Below are positions 57,568 through 64,000 of a stretch of 64,000 nt of DNA, one piece after another. A program made the position numbers and the translations under genes. Origin of the DNA: Faecalibacterium sp. CAG:74 (GTDB lineage Archaea > Thermoplasmatota > Thermoplasmata > Methanomassiliicoccales > Methanomethylophilaceae); NCBI GenBank assembly GCA_963635855.1, contig CAVHHN010000001.1, forward strand, positions 1,820 to 65,819, given 5' to 3'. Under the pieces are notes generated by a model. The model did no database searches and was not told the DNA's origin. It saw only the letters and a program-made list of their open reading frames with translations. How positions within the stretch are numbered: position 1 is the stretch's first letter; each line of letters starts with the position of its first letter.

Positions 57568-58344
57568 TCAGCGCCTTGCTTTGGGCTTACCGTAATTCTT
57601 GACAGGCTTACGGAATACCCAGACAGCAAATACGACCAAGATGACCAGAACCACTACTATCAGGTAGATCAAGTAGTTGTAGTCTCCCTGATGGTAATAG
57701 AACTCATATTCGACACCCAGACCTTCGATGGTGTAAGCATGATCTCCTGCATCGAGGCAGTAGGTATGTCTGCCAGCGGTCAGGTTTTTGTCGAAATATT
57801 TGTAGGTCACGGTCTTGCTTCCATCGGCTTCAATGGAGATCTTCTGTTCACTGTCGTCGATCTTCTTACCGTCGACATAGAAGTACACCGTGGTACCGTT
57901 GATAGCAAGACTACCGGTGTTCTTGAGTGTGACACTAAGGGTGACAGGCTCCCTTGCTTCAAGGGTCTTCGAAACGGTGAATACCTTGTTCGGAAGATCA
58001 CTGGTGCTACTATACCTCTCTGTAAAGGTGACTTCAAGAGTGTAGGTCCCTGCGGTCGAGGGAAGTGTGACGGTGATCTCCTCAGAGAACTCCGTTTCGG
58101 TAGTACTTCCTGCGGTCCTTGACAGTGCACTTGACTGTGAAACACCTTTGGAGTTGACCAATTTAGCGGTGTAGGACATGTTACTGAAGATGTCATGGTC
58201 CTGCTCATAGAACTTTATGGTAGCAGTGATCTTTCCACCAGTTGCCTCGACCGTGTCCGAAAGAAGAATATCTCCTGAACTGACAGAATCTGCAGAGGTG
58301 TCGTCAGTGATTACGAACACCGTTGCAAAGGATGCGAAGACCAT
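57568..58344 (-). CDS. Surface protein with a CARDB-like beta-sandwich domain and a C-terminal TM anchor
   Basis: LSVTLKNTGSLAINGTTVYFYVDGKK...GSKTVTYKY is CARDB-like. The C-terminal helix is followed by RKPVKNYGKPKARR. It lies 26 nt downstream of aglB on the same strand. Confidence 0.6.
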   Translation of the reverse strand: MVFASFATVFVITDDTSADSVSSGDILLSDTVEATGGKITATIKFYEQDHDIFSNMSYTAKLVNSKGVSQSSALSRTAGSTTETEFSEEITVTLPSTAGTYTLEVTFTERYSSTSDLPNKVFTVSKTLEAREPVTLSVTLKNTGSLAINGTTVYFYVDGKKIDDSEQKISIEADGSKTVTYKYFDKNLTAGRHTYCLDAGDHAYTIEGLGVEYEFYYHQGDYNYLIYLIVVVLVILVVFAVWVFRKPVKNYGKPKARR

Positions 58345-58370
58345 GACGGTCGCCGCAAGTATTGCAAGAT

Positions 58371-61300
58371 TCAGTTTTTGCGTGAGAACACCCCCCTCTT
58401 CATGCCTCCCCAGATAGTGACAAGGAGAAGCAGAATGACAACAACAGTAAGGATCCAGAATCCATTAGGCAGGGCCTTTACCTTGTTGTCAGATCCAGCA
58501 CCAGAAGCAGAGTGTTCTGAGCCATCGACTTTAGCAATGGATGGATCAAGGTCTACAGATTTGGAATAGTCCCCAGTAATCGACAATGATATTGAAGGCA
58601 CACCAGCGTTTGAATCACCTGATTTGTGGATCAACATCACGTACAGAGTAGTGTCACCGAGACCGTTGAGATTGAAAGAATCTCCGTTATTCTTGATCAA
58701 CAATCCACTTGAATCTACCAACATCACATACCATTTGTCAGCATCGGTCTTCGGAGTCGCAGTGATCTTGACCGTCTTGTAAACAGAGTTATTGTTGGAG
58801 AAACGCATCGCGTACTTGTAGGAATATCCATCGGCAGAGTCAGATACGTCGCTATCTCCGGCAAATGCGACAGAGATATCTCCGGTGGCACCAGAGCCCT
58901 CGGCATGGTCTTTATCAACAACCACCTTTCCGATGGAGGTTCCATCAATAGATGTGACCTCAAGGGTCAGATCCGAATTACCTGCACCGATGGTGAACTG
59001 GTTGTAATATCCGTGGACTTCGACCGTGTTCTCCTTTGTGTCAGAACCAGATATGGTTATGGAATACATCTTATCCAGGGTCAATGCACCACTGCCCGTC
59101 ACGAAATAAGTGACTGGGTAATCATGAGTGTTCTTGACCCTAAGGACAACTGTAGCATCTCCATTGTTCAGCGTTGCGTCATCGACGGTGACAGTATCAG
59201 AAGTTAGCTCAGATGTCGTCGTAGTGGAAAGGTTGAATGTCATATCCTCATCGACAGTGAACGCATCGATCTTCGAAATATCATAGACAGTGTAGGTATA
59301 GGTATCATCGGTAGCTTTGCCCTCAAGTGTCATACTAGACACTTTGAAACCTTTTGGTAGGTCAACAGAGTATACTCCTTTACTGACCTCGACCTGCACC
59401 TGTATATCTTGTGACTCATCACAGATGAGTAGGTGACCATCGACCTCTGCACCGACATATCCCTTAAGGGTCTTGCTTTCAACAAAAGTGTAATCCTTGA
59501 AGGTGTCATTCGATTCAAAGGTCTTAGAGTACACCACTTTTCCATCAGAATCGGTCACTTTGAAATAATACTCGTAATCGATATCTCCATCATACTGAAG
59601 ATAATAGTTGATGACACATTTGTCAGACTTATCTTCAACACTGACGTAGGCACCCACTTTTTCATCTTTCTCGATGGGAACAACTGTAACGGTATCTTTC
59701 TCATTCGCTTTGGTCAAAGTTACTTTGAAACAGGCGACAGCAGTGAGAGAGATCTCTTTGGTATCGATGTAGATGTTGATGGTCTGTGAATCGATGAACT
59801 GCCCATTGAGAACAGAATCGTCTTCGTAGCCGTTCTTGTAAACGGTCACAACGTAACGCCCAGGTATAAGATAATCGATCTCATCACCGATCTTCTCATC
59901 GGTTATTGTGTATTTGTTGATCTGTGTGATCTTACCATTCACAATGGTCACAAGCAGATCGTAATCAGTACCTGCATATGCATCGAACACAAGCTTTCCG
60001 TCGAATTTGGTCTTGAGTTCATCATCCTTGATGAAATCGATAGCATCCTTGGAAAGAGGCTTCACAGTATTCTTCGTTTCATCATACTTTGTATCGATAG
60101 AGAAGGTCTCAAGGGTCGTTGTACTGGATACAGAGGTTGACTCCTTCGACTGGAACACGAGTCCAGAACCAGATTCTGTCTCGACGAAGTTGAAAATACC
60201 AGTACCGCTCTTACCATAGGCCTTGTCCAGAGGATCGAATGCCACATTGTAACTGACAATGGAATCCTTAGGCACATACAAGGTGTACTTTCCATCAGAG
60301 CCGGTCACAGCAGGAATAGTGTAGGTCGTTTCACCGACCTTCACTGTGAATGTCAAAGGAATGAATGCAAGCCCCACAGTACTGGGCACCATATTTGTCT
60401 TAAAGTTCACAGTAGCGCTGGCGGCATATGCGACATCCATCTTGACTTCAATATCAGATGTATCACCACTGATCTCTTTGTTGAAGTATACTGCCTGACT
60501 ATTGTTGGTGGCGTAAATGGTGTAAGTTCCATTGGGAACATGTCCACTGAACTTTCCATCAGTATCGGCCGCGAACAGGTATACTCCAGTGGTGGTACCG
60601 GTACCGATGAACGCAACGGTTCCTGAAAGGGCGGTTCCTGAATTGTCCTTAAGAACACCACTGACCGCTGAACCGGTACCAGTATATTCTGTCAGGTATC
60701 CGTCAAGGGTCTTCGGAAGATAAACTGTGGTACCTTTGGCAACGGTACTGTATCCGAGTGCTGACCAGATACTTCCAGCAGAGGACTCTTTACTCGATGC
60801 AGCATACACCGAAAGTGTCGCACTGGCAGTGCTGGTGGATTTGTCGAGAGAGATGGTCTTGGCCTGTACGGACACATAGTCGTTTTTGACATACAGAGTG
60901 TACTTCCCAACAGGCAGATAGACGTCCTCGGATCCTGTGATCTCAAGATCGAACGTAAATCCGTTGGAACCTGCAAAGGTGACCTGCACAGGGTCGTCCA
61001 TCTGCTTTCCATACATATCGTTGACGGTGATGGTGGCCTTGGCCGCACCGAGGCTGACAGACAGATAGTCAAGACCGTCGATGATACTGACCGAGCTGAC
61101 AGTGTTCAGAAGGGATCCATCCTTCCCGTATACATTGATGGTGTACTTACCAGGAATGAGGTTCTCAACAGTGAATTTTCCGTCAGTTACGGTCACGGTA
61201 TTGACCACTCCGTCGCTACCAACGAAACTAAGTGTCACATCAGACGTCACGTAGAGATTGTTGTTGGAGTCAACTATTTGACCTGTCTGGGTCACGGGTT

Positions 61301-64000
61301 TGAGCACGAAATTGTAATCGACGATTTCAGAAGAATCGGTCTCGATCGTATTCACGCAAACTCCATCCCTAAAGGTCTCAGAACCTACGAAATACTTCAC
61401 AAGATACTTCTGCTTCTCCAAAGGTACTTCAGGATCATAGCCAGGAACGGTGATGTTGAACTTTCCCTCACTATCTGTGTAAGTAATACAGCGCGGGATG
61501 TATGAAATGGAGCTTTTAGTGTCGTAATTGATCATTTCATAGACGACTACCTTCACGTCGGAAACAGGCTTTGCTGAGTCGCCGGTTCCGGTAGTTATCT
61601 GACCGGACTTGACGGTCTTGGAATGATCATACTCATACATGATGACCGAGGAAAGATAGTTAATATATCCTCCATTGGCGTTCTGTTCAGCGATCGCCTC
61701 GTAAGCATCCATATCCTTCCATTCAGCGTTTTCATTCGCCCTGTACATAACATGCCAATATGCGATCTTGAAGTTATCCAAGCCATATCCAGGCTGGGCC
61801 TTGACGGTTCCATCGGAGTTGGCAAGCTTGGAAAGCAGGTCGAGGGAGCTGTTCAGTCCGAAATCGGAGGGGGTGACACCCATAAGTGCGTTCCAAAGGA
61901 AGGTCTGATACATGGCATCCTGGTAGGTGTAGTACAACTGAGCGTAGTATCCATACTGGTAGTAGAGACGGGTGGTGGCTGTAACATTGTACAAGCTGGA
62001 CGGACTGCCGTCACTGTCAAGGGCGTAATCATCAAAGTAGGCCATTGTCGAAGCATAGGTTCCGTCATTGGCATAAAGTGGGATCATCGATCCGTCAACT
62101 TCGATGTAACCGATCTTGTTTCCGGTCTCACCACAGACCAGATCATAAAGATCGGCGAGTTTTGTACTGTCGAGCTGAGCGGTCAGATAGTGCACACCGG
62201 CAAGGTACGGCACTGTCTCAGAGCTAAGCTGGGTTTTGTATTTCACGAAATCGTCAGAGTACTGAGAGATGTAATCCCTGGCATAGCTTTCATCGCTGAG
62301 GATCTTGACGAGTTCGGACACACCGGCCTTCTCGAACTGATCTGCATACTTGATGGCATCGTTCTCAACGAGACGGATGATCAGAGAAGCAAGAGCGCCA
62401 GCATTACCTGTGGACAAGTAGACGGAGGCCATTGCAGAGGTTCCGCCACCGTTCGAACTGGTAACGGTCGAGAATCTGCCGATCTGAGTGGCAGCATCGG
62501 AATAACCGTACCAGGTGACGAGGGCACCGTTTTTGTCCAGACCGGCATAGTGGTTCCAAGTACTGGTGGTGAGAGTGGAGTTCGAAGTGTTGATGGTGTA
62601 ACCGAGACCACCGAAGTAGTTCCCGTGTTCATTGTTGGTAGGAGTGGATGCGTCGACCGCGTAGACTGCAGTAGGTACTGCAACGAGGAAGACGGTCACG
62701 AGGAGTGTGACGAGGGGGAAGAAGTTGAGAGCTTTCCTGGCACCGGCCTTGAATCCGTTGCCCCTGAGAGACTTGAGGTAAGACCTCATGTCCACCTTGC
62801 GAATGAGGCTCACGAGGACATATCCGGACCCGACAGCGAAACCTGCGCCTGCAACAAGTGCATACTCGGTGCTGAACCATCCGACGAAGAAACTGGCAAG
62901 TAACCAGATCATCGTGAACATGTAAAGAAGACTTCTGGAGTGGTCACGGAATTTGTAAGCCATCCAAACCCCAGCGAAGAGGGGGAGCCAGACGGTCAAC
63001 CAACCATAATAGGATGCCATGGTGGAGATGCTGGTCCTGCTGAACTGCTCAGCAAGGGAGTGTGCAAGAGCACCGGTGACAGGGAGACTTCCAGACATAA
63101 CGGCGCTGGATACGCTGGGTACTGCGACCGCAAGTATGACGGCAACAGCAAAGATTATGGCCGCGGTGAGCGGGATGGAAAGTACCCAGGGTTTCTTCTC
63201 GAGAGCGAGGAAGATAAGGCTGTATACAACAACAAGGACCGCAAGGATACATCCTCCCTCGAAGATCTGATTCCACAGACCAGTGGGGATGTAGTAAACG
63301 GCTCCGACGACGATACCGACCAGAAGGGAAACAAGGGGAATACCGATAAGGACCCCGAGATCCTTTCCACCGACACGCTGGATAACGGATGCGAGAAGAA
63401 CCATTATGGCCATGGTCATAACAGCTGCCCAGAATCCGGTCCAGGTCAGAACGATGAATGCGAATGAAATTGCTGCAGCAAAAGTGAATTTCCTGACAGC
63501 GGAAACTTTGAAAACGGAACCGATACCGGTCGCGTTGAGCTCATCGGCCTTGCTGTATGCAGATGCGACGAAGTAGACGAACCAGGCCACGATGAAGCAG
63601 AGCATTGGATACTCTGCACCATTCGAGAAGGCCGTGGTCATGATCGAGGCCGCGAAAACCGCATAGAACAAAGCACTGACAAGGGAGATCACCTCATCCT
63701 TGAAGAGCCTCTTTGCGATCAAGTAGACCGGAACACAGGTCAATGCACCGAAAATGGGTGCGGACCAAGCAAGGGTACCAGCTGCCGCAACAGGAGTGTC
63801 GATCCCGAAACAGGTGACCAACCAAGCAATAGCGGCCATAAAGTAATCGAACAGTGGGCCGGAGATACTGGCGGTTCCGAATGGGTAGTTCATCGACATC
63901 TCGTTAGCAGGGTTGTAGGTACCTGCAAGGATCTCCGTAATGATACGAAGGTGGCTGGATGCGCTTGTACCGCCAGACAGGGCATAATTATCCCCCGCGG
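58371..64000 (-). CDS. aglB: Giant AglB/STT3-type oligosaccharyltransferase-like protein; the 5' end lies beyond the window
   Basis: The frame stays open upstream of ATG 63899 to the window edge (..SSHLRIITEILAGTYNPANEMSMNYPFG..), matching the STT3 YH.R....NYP.G N-terminal region. It has about 13 TM segments, then a soluble domain, then a long series of beta-sandwich repeats with recurring G(K/T)Y(T/V)(I/L).V motifs. A C-terminal TM helix is followed by KRGVFSRKN. Confidence 0.7.
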   Translation of the reverse strand, partial: AGDNYALSGGTSASSHLRIITEILAGTYNPANEMSMNYPFGTASISGPLFDYFMAAIAWLVTCFGIDTPVAAAGTLAWSAPIFGALTCVPVYLIAKRLFKDEVISLVSALFYAVFAASIMTTAFSNGAEYPMLCFIVAWFVYFVASAYSKADELNATGIGSVFKVSAVRKFTFAAAISFAFIVLTWTGFWAAVMTMAIMVLLASVIQRVGGKDLGVLIGIPLVSLLVGIVVGAVYYIPTGLWNQIFEGGCILAVLVVVYSLIFLALEKKPWVLSIPLTAAIIFAVAVILAVAVPSVSSAVMSGSLPVTGALAHSLAEQFSRTSISTMASYYGWLTVWLPLFAGVWMAYKFRDHSRSLLYMFTMIWLLASFFVGWFSTEYALVAGAGFAVGSGYVLVSLIRKVDMRSYLKSLRGNGFKAGARKALNFFPLVTLLVTVFLVAVPTAVYAVDASTPTNNEHGNYFGGLGYTINTSNSTLTTSTWNHYAGLDKNGALVTWYGYSDAATQIGRFSTVTSSNGGGTSAMASVYLSTGNAGALASLIIRLVENDAIKYADQFEKAGVSELVKILSDESYARDYISQYSDDFVKYKTQLSSETVPYLAGVHYLTAQLDSTKLADLYDLVCGETGNKIGYIEVDGSMIPLYANDGTYASTMAYFDDYALDSDGSPSSLYNVTATTRLYYQYGYYAQLYYTYQDAMYQTFLWNALMGVTPSDFGLNSSLDLLSKLANSDGTVKAQPGYGLDNFKIAYWHVMYRANENAEWKDMDAYEAIAEQNANGGYINYLSSVIMYEYDHSKTVKSGQITTGTGDSAKPVSDVKVVVYEMINYDTKSSISYIPRCITYTDSEGKFNITVPGYDPEVPLEKQKYLVKYFVGSETFRDGVCVNTIETDSSEIVDYNFVLKPVTQTGQIVDSNNNLYVTSDVTLSFVGSDGVVNTVTVTDGKFTVENLIPGKYTINVYGKDGSLLNTVSSVSIIDGLDYLSVSLGAAKATITVNDMYGKQMDDPVQVTFAGSNGFTFDLEITGSEDVYLPVGKYTLYVKNDYVSVQAKTISLDKSTSTASATLSVYAASSKESSAGSIWSALGYSTVAKGTTVYLPKTLDGYLTEYTGTGSAVSGVLKDNSGTALSGTVAFIGTGTTTGVYLFAADTDGKFSGHVPNGTYTIYATNNSQAVYFNKEISGDTSDIEVKMDVAYAASATVNFKTNMVPSTVGLAFIPLTFTVKVGETTYTIPAVTGSDGKYTLYVPKDSIVSYNVAFDPLDKAYGKSGTGIFNFVETESGSGLVFQSKESTSVSSTTTLETFSIDTKYDETKNTVKPLSKDAIDFIKDDELKTKFDGKLVFDAYAGTDYDLLVTIVNGKITQINKYTITDEKIGDEIDYLIPGRYVVTVYKNGYEDDSVLNGQFIDSQTINIYIDTKEISLTAVACFKVTLTKANEKDTVTVVPIEKDEKVGAYVSVEDKSDKCVINYYLQYDGDIDYEYYFKVTDSDGKVVYSKTFESNDTFKDYTFVESKTLKGYVGAEVDGHLLICDESQDIQVQVEVSKGVYSVDLPKGFKVSSMTLEGKATDDTYTYTVYDISKIDAFTVDEDMTFNLSTTTTSELTSDTVTVDDATLNNGDATVVLRVKNTHDYPVTYFVTGSGALTLDKMYSITISGSDTKENTVEVHGYYNQFTIGAGNSDLTLEVTSIDGTSIGKVVVDKDHAEGSGATGDISVAFAGDSDVSDSADGYSYKYAMRFSNNNSVYKTVKITATPKTDADKWYVMLVDSSGLLIKNNGDSFNLNGLGDTTLYVMLIHKSGDSNAGVPSISLSITGDYSKSVDLDPSIAKVDGSEHSASGAGSDNKVKALPNGFWILTVVVILLLLVTIWGGMKRGVFSRKN

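Noticed and set aside
61623-62903. 426-aa plus-strand ORF opposite aglB
   Set aside because: It is antisense to the STT3-like coding region and its translation is low-complexity. The minus-strand frame has clear TM and domain structure.

Overview
This is an archaeal chromosomal segment. Markers include Kae1, thermosome, GatD/GatE, ribosomal protein eS17, AglB/STT3, HypB/HypE, ThyX, a translin-like protein and tRNA genes preceded by TATA boxes. The many C-terminally anchored BspA-type LRR and Listeria/Bacteroides-repeat surface proteins suggest a host-associated Thermoplasmata/Methanomassiliicoccales-like organism, but that lineage guess is low confidence. All calls come from reading the supplied translations and DNA by eye; no searches were run.

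Housekeeping content:
- proA-proB.
- A chaperone block, ths-grpE-dnaK-dnaJ.
- A nitrogen block: type III glutamine synthetase plus a single-chain glutamate synthase.
- gatD-gatE, purD-truA, thyX, apt and rps17e.
- Five tRNAs: Val-GAC, Ser-CGA, Arg-TCG, Thr-GGT, Arg-GCG.

Four regions stand out:
1. 26153-31757 (minus strand): a tightly coupled operon encoding a GH3-type ligase, a STAS protein, a MATE exporter fused to an RsbW/SpoIIAB-like HATPase domain, and a polytopic PP2C phosphatase fused to a second such domain. This is a bacterial-style partner-switching module in an organism that has no sigma factors.
2. 32108-36640 (plus strand): a five-gene operon of zinc-ribbon proteins, a small membrane protein, a coiled-coil protein and a COG4260/YdjI-like SPFH protein with C-terminal zinc ribbons. 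It may be a membrane-stress or membrane-remodelling module.
3. 39640-42174: a surface-protein gene bracketed by two inverted copies of a ~225-bp MITE-like element, with direct repeats at the outer junctions.
4. 58371-64000: an AglB-like oligosaccharyltransferase of more than 1840 aa with a long tail of beta-sandwich repeats and a C-terminal anchor. It runs off the window.

Several ORF-track N-termini are over-extended and were trimmed. No CRISPR array, rRNA, transposase or integrase was seen.
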